From Octopus bimaculoides (taxonomy: Eukaryota): a DNA stretch of 64,000 nt. The position numbers and the translations under genes were made by a program. Positions 12,043-24,662 of the stretch are shown here, in pieces. The stretch is taken from NCBI RefSeq assembly GCF_001194135.2, contig NC_068981.1, forward strand, positions 150,546,125 to 150,610,124, in the 5' to 3' direction. Under the pieces are notes generated by a model. The model saw only the letters and a list, made by a program, of their open reading frames with translations. It did no database searches and was not told the DNA's origin. Each line of letters begins with the position of its first letter. The stretch's first letter is position 1.

Positions 12043-12160
12043 AACGAAATTTCCCCAAGACACCTAATGAAGGCTGGAGGGTATATCAGCCGAAACGTTG
12101 TGTTAACATTAAACAAAATGAGGACAAATATCCGTCAATTGTATATAATGTAAATAATGA
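12043..12160 (+). mobile_element. 5'-truncated copy of the hammerhead-bearing SINE tail (core CTAATGA, probably inactive)
   Basis: gacac-CTAATGA-aggctg-gagggtatat-cagcc-GAAAC-gtt-gtgtt, followed by the ...gaggacaaatatccgtcaa.tgta.ataatgtaaat tail, as at 24240-24340 and 24499-24590. Confidence 0.85.
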
Positions 12161-12599
12161 AACTAAGTTGTTGCAAAGCGCCCTTCTTAACCATACAACC
12201 ATGCTTGGGGGTTATCTGTAACAAAAATGAATAAATAAATAAACCCACATAACAACCGGATCTTCTTCAAATCACACCTTACCATTTGTAAAAAAAAAAA
12301 AAAATAGAAGGAAGGACATATTAGACAATATGGCTCTAGATTCNNNNNNNNNNAGGTTTCGTTTATTCATCTGTTACTCGTTTCAGTCATTAGACCGCGA
12401 CCATGTTGATGCACCACCATGATAGATTTTTTAGCCGAGCGAATCGGTCCCAGTATCTTTTTTCTTTCGAATGCCTGGTATTTATTTTATCGGCGTCTTT
12501 GTCAAACTGCTATGTTACGAGGGTGTAAACGTACCAACACCGGTTGTCATATGGTGGTGCGGGGATGGTGGCAAACAGAGAGACCTCTTCGAAACGCTT

Positions 12600-12800
12600 A
12601 GGTTTAGAATGGTGGCAGCTGATGAAGGAAATGTTCTCTATGTGGCCTGTGTGCTTTCTGTACTCTGTTTATCATTTTGTCCACGTCTTTTTGCAACGTT
12701 CTGTACCCAGATATGCATCTATATATACATGTAGATGAAGGTATGTACATACATGTACGTATATATGCATATACTCATATATTATTTGTATTATATATAT
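12600..12800 (+). repeat. Interspersed repeat family (second copy 19322-19515)
   Basis: gcagctgatgaaggaaatgttctctatgt...ttttgtccacgtctttt...ctgtacccagatatgcatctatatatacatgtagatg is near-identical at both loci. Confidence 0.85.
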
Positions 12801-14362
12801 ATATATATATATAAAGAATAATAATAAATGGAGCAAAACGCATATAATCAATAAGTTCCTTTGATTNNNNNNNNNNNNNNNNNNNNNNNNNNNNNNNNNN
12901 NNNNNNNNNNNNNNNNNNNNNNNNNNNNNNNNNNNNNNNNNNNNNNNNNNNNNNNNNNNNNNNNNNNNNNNNNNNNNNNNNNNNNNNNNNNNNNNNNNNN
13001 NNNNNNNNNNNNNNNNNNNNNNNNNNNNNNNNNNNNNNNNNNNNNNNNNNNNNNNNNNNNNNNNNNNNNNNNNNNNNNNNNNNNNNNNNNNNNNNNNNNN
13101 NNNNNNNNNNNNNNNNNNNNNNNNNNNNNNNNNNNNNNNNNNNNNNNNNNNNNNNNNNNNNNNNNNNNNNNNNNNNNNNNNNNNNNNNNNNNNNNNNNNN
13201 NNNNNNNNNNNNNNNNNNNNNNNNNNNNNNNNNNNNNNNNNNNNNNNNNNNNNNNNNNNNNNNNNNNNNNNNNNNNNNNNNNNNNNNNNNNNNNNNNNNN
13301 NNNNNNNNNNNNNNNNNNNNNNNNNNNNNNNNNNNNNNNNNNNNNNNNNNNNNNNNNNNNNNNNNNNNNNNNNNNNNNNNNNNNNNNNNNNNNNNNNNNN
13401 NNNNNNNNNNNNNNNNNNNNNNNNNNNNNNNNNNNNNNNNNNNNNNNNNNNNNNNNNNNNNNNNNNNNNNNNNNNNNNNNNNNNNNNNNNNNNNNNNNNN
13501 NNNNNNNNNNNNNNNNNNNNNNNNNNNNNNNNNNNNNNNNNNNNNNNNNNNNNNNNNNNNNNNNNNNNNNNNNNNNNNNNNNCCAAGGTACCACGCAGTG
13601 GGACTGAATCTGGAACCATGTAGTTGGGAAGCAAAACTTCTTACCACACGCATGAACCCGATACTTTAAAAACAAAAACAAGAATAGATGGCCATATATT
13701 GGCTGTCTTTGACAATAGGTCGTCTCAATCATTGCTCACCCTGGGCTAAACAGCAATAATGACATCTTTTGCTTGTTTTATTCAAAGAAAAACACATTTA
13801 TGAAAGCTTATGTATTCTTACTGTGTAATCTTTGTTCTGAATTACATATAAACTTTAAATCTCTAAATAACTAGTCGATATTTGTAGGAAGTCAATGCTA
13901 TTTTTTTATGGTTTGCTTGTGTTTATTTTGTGCGCGTGCGCGTGCGCGTGTGTGTGTGTGCGTGTGTGTGTGTGTGCATGTGTGTGTGTGTGTGTGTAGG
14001 TATTTATGTGGCTTTGTTTTTCTTTTTTTTCATTATCACAGAAACCACGGAGTGGTTCTAACTTAAGCAACTACTTGACATTTCCCGCCAAGCAATATAA
14101 TAAATCATGTGATACATCTTCGGAGAGATACAATGCAGAAAGACGTAGAAACAAGTATAGTGTAACATTATTCGATTATGTGGCCTTTCAATGGAACACG
14201 TACAGAAAATGCATTGTTGAAGAGGAGAATAAACTGACATCTATAACATTTTCGAATAATAAACGGAGAGAAACAGGGAGTAAGTATCAAAAAAGAGAGA
14301 GAGAGAGATGCAAAGAGAAACAGAGAGAGATAATAATAGAGGAAAGAAAAAAGAGTGTGTGT

Positions 14363-14416
<54 letters not shown>

Positions 14417-14936
14417 GAAGTGAGAACGATAGAGAGAGAGAGAATAATTGGTTTTAGTATATAACAAATAACCTCTTAATCTCAATACNNNNNNNNNNNN
14501 NNNNNNNNNNNNNNNNNNNNNNNNNNNNNNNNNNNNNNNNNNNNNNNNNNNNNNNNNNNNNNNNNNNNNNNNNNNNNNNNNNNNNNNNNNNNNNNNNNNN
14601 NNNNNNNNNNNNNNNNNNNNNNNNNNNNNNNNNNNNNNNNNNNNNNNNNNNNNNNNNNNNNNNNNNNNNNNNNNNNNNNNNNNNNNNNNNNNNNNNNNNN
14701 NNNNNNNNNNNNNNNNNNNNNNNNNNNNNNNNNNNNNNNNNNNNNNNNNNNNNNNNNNNNNNNNNNNNNNNNNNNNNNNNNNNNNNNNNNNNNNNNNNNN
14801 NNNNNNNNNNNNNNNNNNNNNNNNNNNNNNNNNNNNNNNNNNNNNNNNNNNNNNNNNNNNNNNNNNNNNNNNNNNNNNNNNNNNNNNNNNNNNNNNNNNN
14901 NNNNNNNNNNNNNNNNNNNNNNNNNNNNNNNNNNNN

Positions 14937-14971
<35 letters not shown>

Positions 14972-16999
14972 TCCTCACTCATTTCGTCTTTGTGTGTCCA
15001 ATACTCGAGCATGGCCGTATGGTTAAGAAGTTTTCTTCACTTTTTGTAATTTTGGGTTCGTCCCTACTAAGGGGCACTATACTTTACCACAGCCAAGATA
15101 TTGTGTATTAGTCCATCAGAAAATTTATACCAGCTCTTCAGTGGTTATTTTAATCTTTCGACCTTCAGTATTTTTAGCAGAGTTCAATCTGTTGCCAACA
15201 TTCATATCAGGTCTCTGGTCCGGAGGTAGGTCAGTATATTCAGGTACTGATCCCTACAGCAGTAACATATTGTGGGCTTTTCCTCTGTTTCTTCCTACCA
15301 GTCTTGGAGTCCTGATCACTTGTACAACCCTTTTTCTTCTGACAGCCACAAAGAACTATTACAAGATGTTTAAAAAAGTATGTAGATAATTAATTGAAAC
15401 CCGTTAACGTTTTGTCATCTGTTGTGTTGATGGATCACTAATGAAGACTTTGTGTTCGGATAGCCTGCCCAAAATAAGACATTTAGTTAGAGGCTATCCG
15501 TCTCCGAATTTTTACTGCGGCTCGACATATGCTTACGGCGTCAAGATGAAATGAATTTAACTAGTTAGAAATTCAAAATAGTTTGTCTTTTTGCTCGATG
15601 CGAATTTAACACTACTCTTTTTTGATTCGATGACATGAATAACAGATTATCTTACATCTCAGAAAAAAAAATTTAATTTCTTAGAATATAGTTATACAGA
15701 ATTATTACCAAAACTTATTTCTTTTTAAACTATTAACTACATCTGAACACTTACCATTCACTTCCGTGCGTACAAAGCTGTGTTCACACTAACACGACTA
15801 ACGTATTACAGTGAACAGACAATACATTTATGATATCGGTGATCAAGCAGAGAAGTGGTATAAACGGTACAGTGCCTGGCTGAATGTTTAGAAGTATTTA
15901 TGTCTCTTTAAGTTCTGAACACCTATCCGACTGAGGTCGACTTTGCTTTTATCAAGACACATCCTAAAGTTGCGGATAATCTGCTGCATCTTTTCACAAC
16001 AGATGTATGCAGGAGTGGAAGTTTCAGCTTACAATATGTTGGTTTCTTCGATTCAATATCAACTGAAACAATTTCACTTCACTTTTACACACTTAATGCT
16101 CTTTCGACCAGCATGAACATCACAACATTCCATTTGAGGCCCTATTAAAATACCTACTAAAAGCATATGTTGCTGGTGAGTAGCGAAAGTTAAGTGGTAA
16201 GATCACAGTGGGACGTATCTGCGACGACGCTGTTTCCATTCTCTGTTATTTTATTTCTGTAATTCCATTTTATTTGTGTTATTTAATTTTACCTTCCGAG
16301 AAACGTGCATTTTCTACTTGCCAGAAAAGTACGAAATTCACCATTTAACTCTGCACAAAGTTATATGTCATCAATAGAAGACGCCGTGAATAGAGAAAGA
16401 ATGAAACTAATATATCATCGTGAAGTAACAATAAAATGTGCAATTAGTTCTTACTCCAGCTTGTTCACATACAAATCCATTAATGTCAACATTTACGTCC
16501 TTTCGAACGAAAACAGCAGAAGGTGACATAAAGTCTATGTGATAAAATAGTTATAAACTCAAAAGAAAAGAAACACTTATGTGATATGAGTAATCAGGCG
16601 GATAATTAAGTTAGGTTCTGACGATAATGGTCATATAAAAGACACTATGTGTTCTGTTAGCTTTTACTGCCATTTTTATTCGGTTGGTTTATACACAATT
16701 GAGATCCAAATTTTAAATTGATATCCAATTATTTTGACTTGACGGGAGCATTCAGTTTTATGAGTGTTGAGAAAGGGATTAGTTACTGGGTATACATTCT
16801 CAATGAAGGCAATTGTCAACAATCTCATGTGGTTTTTGTCTTTCATTGAACTGCTTGACGTCTTGAATAAGATTCGTAATCATAACTTCAGGTCAAAGCG
16901 AGGCATGTTTAGAGAAATTGGTTCGTTAGAAACTGTACTGAAACTCTAAGGATGGATTCCTGGATAGTAACTATAATTTATTACACGATTCAGCATCAC

Positions 17000-17161
17000 C
17001 TCTTTAGTAGTGGGTTCTTTTTAGAGGAGTCAGTTTTGTTGCAAGCTTTGAGGTTAAGTTTCTGATTGAAGTTAACTGAATGCATTGATACACTTCCTAC
17101 GGCAGTCGCCCATGGTTCGTGCGTTCTTTCTTCTCTCCTGACCCCACCTGTTTCGGAAATC
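17000..17161 (-). CDS. Candidate isolated exon of an unknown gene
   Basis: Acceptor tttctttttcacAG, donor AG|GTGATG, 162 nt, open frame ISETGGVRREERTHEPWATAVGSVSMHSVNFNQKLNLKACNKTDSSKKNPLLK. No recognisable homology. Confidence 0.25.
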
Positions 17162-18074
17162 CTGTGAAAAAGAAATTTGTTATCCATTTTTTTTCTTTTA
17201 TTCAATCACTAAAGAAATATTGAAATCAAATCGGCTCATCTGAAAATCATTTTTACAGAACATTCACTACGTTCGTTAAAACACAGAACTGTCCGTATTT
17301 TTCTCGAGGAATATTACATTAGATATAGATGAGAAATTAGATGGTTAACTCCTGAAAGCAAAAATTAAGTTATTGATTCCAGTCACTACGAGTTAAATAC
17401 TGTTATACAGTAAGAGCTTCAGTAAATATTCACTCAGAATTTCATAAAAATATTCAGTGACATTTATGTAACCGACCCGATTCAGATGTTTCTTCTGGTG
17501 TGAAAACAGGATGGTGTAAATATGTTGATATCTTTGACCTCATTGAGCTTTACATATTAGATATTTTTGAATGAAAGGTTTCAATCTCTCGTCTTTGGAT
17601 TGTACAGAGCGTTAAATTGGGGGATCAGAAGACATGCCCCTAAATTAGCTAACGAAGGACATCATGCAAGCTTTCAGAAAGTTGTGACTTATAATCACTA
17701 TACAAATTTGAGTGCAACCAACTCATTGGAAGTTACTTTCGATTTAGGTTCTACTTCATAAAGCTTTTCAGTAAAATAAATTAGAGACTCGGTTACATTA
17801 ACACTACATCATTTCATTCCTGTCTCGGTGTTCAGAAACATAGTAAAAACTGCATGAAAGTCTTACGTGCGTCCGTATCAAGAGAACATACCAACTAAAA
17901 AGTATGTGGTATGTGGTAACAAAAACACCCTAGAGTTTCGTGGGCCCAAACAGAAGATTACTTAGATACCCAGCTTGGAAAGGACATCGTAAAATCCTTT
18001 GGTTCACACTCGCTGTCTATTCAAATGTTAAATCCATCAAAGGTAAAGCCTTCGTTAGGATAGTTGAAGATATT

Positions 18075-18139
<65 letters not shown>

Positions 18140-18245
18140 NNNNNNNNNNNNNNNNNNNNNNNNNNNNNNNNNNNNNNNNNNNNNNNNNNNNNNNNNNNNN
18201 NNNNNNNNNNNNNNNNNNNNNNNNNNNNNNNNNNNNNNNNNNNNN

Positions 18246-18296
<51 letters not shown>

Positions 18297-18299
<3 letters not shown>

Positions 18300-18395
18300 G
18301 GCGCGTGGCTTGGTGGTTAGGGTATTAGGCTCGCGATCGTAAGGTTGTGAGTTCGATTCCAGGCCGCACGTTATATCTCTTGAGCAAGAGATATA
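18297..18395 (+). mobile_element. tRNA-derived SINE head (Pol III A and B boxes)
   Basis: A-box tggcttggtgg and B-box gttcgattcc, followed by the SINE-body motif cttgagcaaga rather than a tRNA acceptor stem. Related heads occur at ~19825-19980, 20775-20945 and 22620-22790. Confidence 0.75.
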
Positions 18396-19321
18396 GAATA
18401 GTAGTGAGTCAGTAATATATTTTATCTTTTTTTTCCTTTTATTTCGGTTACGCTCAAGTATAATGCTACCTCATACTTTTGACCGTATTTTGTTTTAGTT
18501 TTTTGTATTATACACAACTAAATACGATATATCTCTCCTGCATTTTTTTTTCATCGTCGTGTTCAAATAAGACTTGCATTTTTCACAGCTGGTATCATCT
18601 CTATCTGACCAACAGACGAAAGATTAAGGTTAGTGATGCTGTAGTTAAAGAACATCTTGAAAAAATTCTAGGATGGTGCATAAAGAAAACATGACAGAAA
18701 CGAACCAATCAGAGAGGTTCTGCGCAGAGGCTCAGCCGGATGGAAATAGCAGCAACTATGTTTCAAATTACACTCTGGATAATGTAGACTTTGATACAAT
18801 ATTCCTAAAGAAAAAACAGGGAAACGGACATAATATATAGGTCATTAAGGAATCTAGAATTTTAGCATACGTATTGATGGTATAGGAAAATTTCCCAGTT
18901 ATAACTTCTGTATGAACATAATGTAAACATACAGTTAAGTAAGGGCTAGCATAGTCAATATAATGAACTGGCAAAAATGTTTAATCAGTTAAAATTACAC
19001 TTAAACTAAAGATTGAAAAATGTAACTGTTGATGACCATATAATCGTGATATCGATATCTAACCACTTGACAAATCACTGCGCAGTACATTGCTCATTCC
19101 TATCTTGGCCATTGCCAAGCTCGCACGAACTTTCTTCTCTCTTCCTTCCAGTTCGTCACATCACAACGTTCAGTATACATATATATTTTTTTCACGTCTG
19201 GCCTTACAGCCCTTCTTCTTTATTTTCACTGTTTCGTTTTCCTGTCTTGTTTTCTGTTTGCCACTACATTCCACCGCGTTACAAATTTAATTTGTTTCCG
19301 CGGGAAGAGCCATTCTAACAA

Positions 19322-19515
19322 TGCGGCAGCTGATGAAGGAAATGTTCTCTATGTTGCCTGTGTGTTTTCTGTGTTCTGTTTATGTTCTGTTTCTCATTTT
19401 GTCCACGTCTTTTTGTAACGTCCTGTACCCAGATATGCATCTATATATACATGTAGATGTAGGTATGTACATACATGTACGTATATATGCATATACTCAC
19501 ATATTATTTGTATTA
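19322..19515 (+). repeat. Second copy of the 12600-12800 repeat
   Basis: Direct sequence identity with 12600-12800. Confidence 0.85.
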
Positions 19516-20567
19516 TTACATGATCGAACGCACGCGTCATCTTTGCAAGTAAGTTTTAACTTTATATTGTACCTCGACCTCCTTTGTCATGAGTAGCACC
19601 CTAGGCAGCATAAAAACGAAAGCCACTCTGTTGATTAAACACGAGAGCTAACTCCGAAATCCAAACTGATTTAAAATGATTCAAATAAAGAGTGGGCCGG
19701 ATATCTCCAACACGCGCGCACCACTCCCCCCTCTTCAGTAAGATGGCTTTCTTTTCTATGCAATCTAGGATGTTGTACATGACTAAAGAGGTCGAGGTAC
19801 AATATTTCCTTGATATGTGCAATGTACTGCGCAGTGATATGTGTCGTAGTGGTTTGGTGTTGATGTTACGATCATAAGGTCGTGGGTTCGATTCTATGCC
19901 GTGACAGTGCATTGTATCCTTGAGCAAGGCCCTTCATTTTATGTTGCTCCAGTCTACCCGGCTGAAAATATGTACCATCTGAGTTCTGGCGTAACCCTCT
20001 CTCCCTCCAACTCTCATATGGCTAAATATGTATTGCCTTATGGCTCTTCAGTCTGGACACTAACCTAAAAACTTAAAACTAAGCTGAATGACTCCTACAC
20101 GCGTAAGCTTTATGCATTTTTGGAAGACGCCCTGTAAAGAATACTCTTAACAAAGAAACTAATACAATAAACCATGTTTAAAATCACACACTTTTAGTAA
20201 AGCAAGAGTTTGGTTTACTGAACACTGACGTAGAAACAATGAGGTGCTGGTTAGTTTGGGCACCTACTCTGGACACATCACATTGGCTGCTGTACGACAG
20301 TGGTTCTCAACCATTTTTTTACCTAAAATTACTATTTAACTTTTACGGCCCTCCGAAGCCATTCGATGTTTAAAAACTAGTTTTACAGATACTTCTTTCA
20401 AAATTCCTATTCTGTTTTTCTCACATTAATTAGTGTAGGTTTGTACAGCGTTTGAGAAATAAATTTTGCTGTTTCTTGCAAAAGATACATCTAAATCAAA
20501 CCTTTTACATGAACCCTTAATAAACTACAGTGGGTCCCCAATTTACTATTTTGTTTATCCACCGTGT

Positions 20568-20945
20568 AATTGTTTCTCATTCGAACGCTCTCTCAAATCA
20601 TATCACTTGGTAAACAAATACAAAACTGATACATATTGAAACTGAGATACTTCCAACATCTTTATTCTATATTTTCGACAGAATATCACTAACAAGCAAC
20701 TACATCTGCATTTTTTAAATCTATTTTTCATCTAAAAGGTATGCACATCTCCTTTTTTGACGGGGGCTACTTTTGGCACATAGCTTAGTTGTTAGAGGAT
20801 TTTCAGCTCACAATCGCAAGGTCGCGTGATCAGTTCCTGGGCTGGGAGGTACGTTGTGTTCCTGAGCAAGGTATCTCATTGCATGCTACTCCGGTCTACT
20901 GATCCGTAACGACTACCAGCCAAGGTGCTGGTTCAACCCTTACTT
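20568..20945 (+). repeat. Local ~370-bp duplication, copy 1 (non-SINE flank plus old SINE); copy 2 at 22421-22790
   Basis: Both loci share aattgtttctcattc.aacgctct...tcgacagaatatcactaacaagcaactacatctgcatttt...ccggtctactgatccgtaacga.taccagccaaggtgctggttca. Confidence 0.9.
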
Positions 20946-22420
20946 CTTCCATCGACCGGTGTTGGTGTGTTTATGTCCCCGTAACTTAGCGGTTCGGTAA
21001 ATCTGCTTATATGTAGCCGCAGGGGTCAAATGGACCCCGGCTAAAAACCACTGCTCTGCGGAAACATACGTGAATCAGCTGTCAAACGACACTGTATATT
21101 ACTGACAGCATCTGCCCCATGCTATGGAGGAAAGAGATTAAACTAAAAACGTTTATGTACAAAAAATGGATTTGAGAACATGCTAAGTTGTATATCATTA
21201 GGCATGATCGCCGTTTTGGGAAGGAAAACGGCAAACTTTATTAAACATACTGTCTATTAGATGCGTGCGCGCGTGTATGTGAGAGAGAGAGGGGGAGCGA
21301 TTGCAGCACAGACAGACAGACAGGTAGATAGATAGATAGATAGATGAGGGAGTTCATAATTAACTGTCCTCAGTGTAAGGAGACTCATGATCCAAAGTCG
21401 TGATTGTTCTATTCCATATGACATGTTCTCTGAAACAATCATTTTATAGAAAACTATCTTAAGAACAATACTAAGAATGTTTACGTAAATGTCTTAAAAG
21501 TAACGTAGGGGACTCTATTCGGTCGCTGAGCTTGTTAGAAACTGCAGCCAAATCCTTTAAATCACATCCTGTCATCTGAAAAGCAAAAACGAAGTATACA
21601 TGGGCAAATTTAATTCTAAATACAGTATGTCTAGAAACCAAAATGATTGAATTGCCTCTCGATGTCTTCAATTAAAGTTTTCTTGAGTTCGATACTGTCT
21701 TACATCGATCCAGAAAGACTAAAGCAATTTATCAATTACTGTAGTGGAGTCTATAGAAATAAATCAAATTTTAGTCTGAAATATACCGACCATCACATTT
21801 GTCCTAAATAATATTATTAATTCTCGACTTATTTCTCTGTTTAATGAAATAATTAATGAACGTTTCGCTCCAGTAAAGTAATTATCGATAATGGATATAT
21901 GTAAAGGGCAGCAAAATCGCCTTTGAGTGTTGATATAAGGGAAGCAATTCTTGTAAATACATTGCTTACAAGGGAAATAAGTCATACATCTTTATCATCA
22001 AATATCGATATATTTCACTTTATGCTACGTTTCTACAGGCACAAAAGCTGTTTACTCCTTCTGTAAATAGATTTTGCGATTTTTTTTTTAAACAGAAAAT
22101 TGCTTGCTACATTTTTCGATACAGTTTTTTTAAACCACTTCTTTTATTGACTAAAATAAATTGAAATAACAATTACATCGTGAAGAATCACGACAGTCAT
22201 TTTAAACATACGTTACCTTTATATTCGCTTTTTGTTTTCTCTTTTTTTTTTTTATCATATTCTATTTTGTGTCAGTTATTTTCTTTTTTGTTTTTGTTTT
22301 TTGTTTTTTTTTGTCTTTTGCCGCTTTGTAGTATATAATAGATACGATAACAAAGTAAAAATAACAAAATAAGTAGAAAGTAAATGTGTGTTTAAAAAAG
22401 ATTTCAGATTCTTCTACTAT

Positions 22421-22790
22421 GCAATTGTTTCTCATTCAAACGCTCTCAAATCATATCACTTGGCAAACAATACAAAACTGGTACATATTGAAATACTTCC
22501 AACATCTTTATTCTATATTTTCGACAGAATATCACTAACAAGCAACTACATCTGCATTTTTTAAATCTATTTTTCATCCAAAATGTTTGCACATCTCTTC
22601 TTTTTTTTTTACTACTCTTGGCACGTAGCTTAGTTCTTAGAAGATGTTCGGCTCACGATCGCAAGTTCGCATGATCAATTCTTGGGCTGGGATGTACGTT
22701 GTGTTCTTGAGCAAGGTATTTCTTTGCATGCTGCTCCGGTCTACTGATCCGTAACGAGTACCAGCCAAGGTGCTGGTTCACCCATTCTTC
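22421..22790 (+). repeat. Local ~370-bp duplication, copy 2
   Basis: See 20568-20945. Confidence 0.9.
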
Positions 22791-23479
22791 TCCCATTTGT
22801 CATATATTTGATGTTTCGCTACATCAAAATTGATATAGTTGCAGGCGTAGCTGTGTGGTAAACAGCTTGCTTCCCAACTACATTGTTCCGGGTTTAGTCC
22901 CACTGCATAGCACCTTGAGCAAGTTATTTAAATCAGTATAATACGAAAAAGCATTTCCGGTGCGGATAGACCGCTATGTTGGTGGCAACATAATGTTGCC
23001 AAAATTTCACTGTTTTCCCCTTTCCTTCAAGCTTCCTTCATCTCTCCACCACAACGATGATATGGTGCAACATGTTCTTCATCATCTAAAAAACCATTTC
23101 TTCGTAAAAATGTAACTGCCTGTTAATTTCACTTAAATATTTGTAGTGGTTAAGTGTGTATCATGGTGAACAGATGCAAAAGAAATGTGTATGCCTTTGA
23201 AGTAAACAAATGAATGAATCGATTCATAGTTAAAATGATTTATTCACTGGACTTAATTTGTTGTTGGTACACATAATTCTTCACTACATGCAAAATGTTG
23301 ACAACTGCTACCAGTTGCTAGAAATAGAAACAGGGTACATCTGTAGAAAATGATATGTCAGAAATGAATATATGTTTGTGTGTGTGTGTGTGTGTGTGTA
23401 GGTAGTTCATCTGAGACAGTAGTCTACCGTGGAACTTCGAACATTACTCTGGTCTCTGCAGTCGCCAAAACCTGTTGTG

Positions 23480-23596
23480 TCATAGAGTTTCCTCGTTTGC
23501 CTGATAGGGGCTTCTCTTTCTGTCTGTCTGTTGACCGCCGTATTTATAATAATCGTGGCAGTTAGAAGGACAGACATACTGCAGCAGAGTTTGTAC
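23480..23596 (-). CDS. Weak candidate terminal exon (unknown gene)
   Basis: Acceptor cccatttAG, then VQTLLQYVCPSNCHDYYKYGGQQTDRKRSPYQANEETL*. Complex, GC-richer sequence. A second frame is also open, so the call is ambiguous. Confidence 0.18.
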   Translation of the reverse strand, partial: VQTLLQYVCPSNCHDYYKYGGQQTDRKRSPYQANEETL

Positions 23597-24239
23597 CTAA
23601 ATGGGTCAGTTCTTGTCCATTTGAACTTTGCCTGACATGGCTGAGATCATAGGTCAAAAGGAGATGATCAATCGCTTTTTGACAGGAGAAAGAAAACCTG
23701 TTTTCGTGCCTGTTGCTCGTGGTGGTTTGGACGACCAAGAATTCTTAGATTCGGTTTCAAATCTAGGCTTGGAGAAGGAAGTATTAATTTTTACATATTT
23801 ATTATTTGGTGTCAAAAATACTCATTGCAACAGCTGTGACCTAATGTCAGTTGAATTGCCTCAGGGACCAGGTCTCAATTGATGTGACGAAAATTTTGAC
23901 ACTGAATAATAAATGTTTAAGTGAATTTAAGAGTACTTGTGGTCTTCAATAGCTAATATGTCTTCTGTGCTGCAATTGTTTTAGTTTCACCACACGATCT
24001 CAGATCAAATCTCTTGCCAGTCAAGTACATCTAAGAAGCATTTAAACAAGGTGAAATATTAAGTAATCTTTGGAAAGTGTGAGACCCGGGAGGTGAGATA
24101 TGACGCCATTGGAGTTAAAAATGTATCAATCAGAGGTCCTTAAGATTGTTTGATGGTGGACCTTTTCTCAGCGAAATAAGAGACGTATGTAAAGTAAAAC
24201 AATTCAACAATTCAGTTCTATATTTAAGAGATGAGGAAT

Positions 24240-24384
24240 TATGTACATTATTTACATTTGACGGATATTTGTCCTTGTCCTGTTTGTTGTTAACACAACG
24301 TTTCGGTTGATATACCCTCCAGCCTTCATCAGGTGTTTTGGGGAAATTTCGAATCTGGGTTCTCATTCCTAAGGTATTCTTCGA

Positions 24385-24425
<41 letters not shown>

Positions 24426-24495
24426 TCAGGTCACTTCCTGGAATGGAACTCGGAATCTTGGGGTTAGTAGCCCACGCTCTTAACCACTATGCCAA
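24240..24495 (-). mobile_element. tRNA-headed SINE carrying a minimal hammerhead ribozyme
   Basis: On the minus strand: A-box TGGCATAGTGG (24484-24494), anticodon-like arm gggctactaacccc, B-box-like GTTCCATTCC (24440-24449), internal (AAT)n, then aacac-CTGATGA-aggctg-gagggtatat-caacc-GAAAC-gtt-gtgtt (24292-24337) and an atgtaaataatgta tail. Confidence 0.85.
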
Positions 24496-24498
24496 CTG

Positions 24499-24590
24499 CA
24501 CCTGATGAAGGCTGAAGGGTATATCAGCCGAAACGTTGTTAACAACAAACAAGATGACAAATATCCGTCAAATGTAAATAATGTAAATTC
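24499..24590 (+). mobile_element. Inverted copy of the hammerhead-plus-tail segment abutting the SINE head
   Basis: cac-CTGATGA-aggctg-aagggtatat-cagcc-GAAAC-gtt-gttaac... is the reverse complement of 24247-24335, with a few substitutions and small deletions. Confidence 0.9.
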
Positions 24591-24662
24591 AACAATTGTT
24601 TCGGCAATCTATACAATAGTCTCGAGCAAAATGTCTGGTGATATTTAGGAACATCCTTTTAT

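Noticed and set aside
12570-12630. Circularly permuted (type II) hammerhead: GAAACG upstream of CTGATGA (similar at 10765-10810)
   Set aside because: Stem II pairing is only partial and no stem I can form.
10972-14978. Long ORFs in the track (250-320 aa)
   Set aside because: They are runs of X spanning N gaps, i.e. assembly artefacts.
15120-15510. Possible retroelement coding remnant and CTAATGA/inverted-repeat motif
   Set aside because: No recognisable protein motif in any frame and no complete hammerhead core.
18297-18395. Functional tRNA gene (also 24420-24495 and other heads)
   Set aside because: A and B boxes are present but there is no complete acceptor stem, and the sequence continues into SINE bodies.
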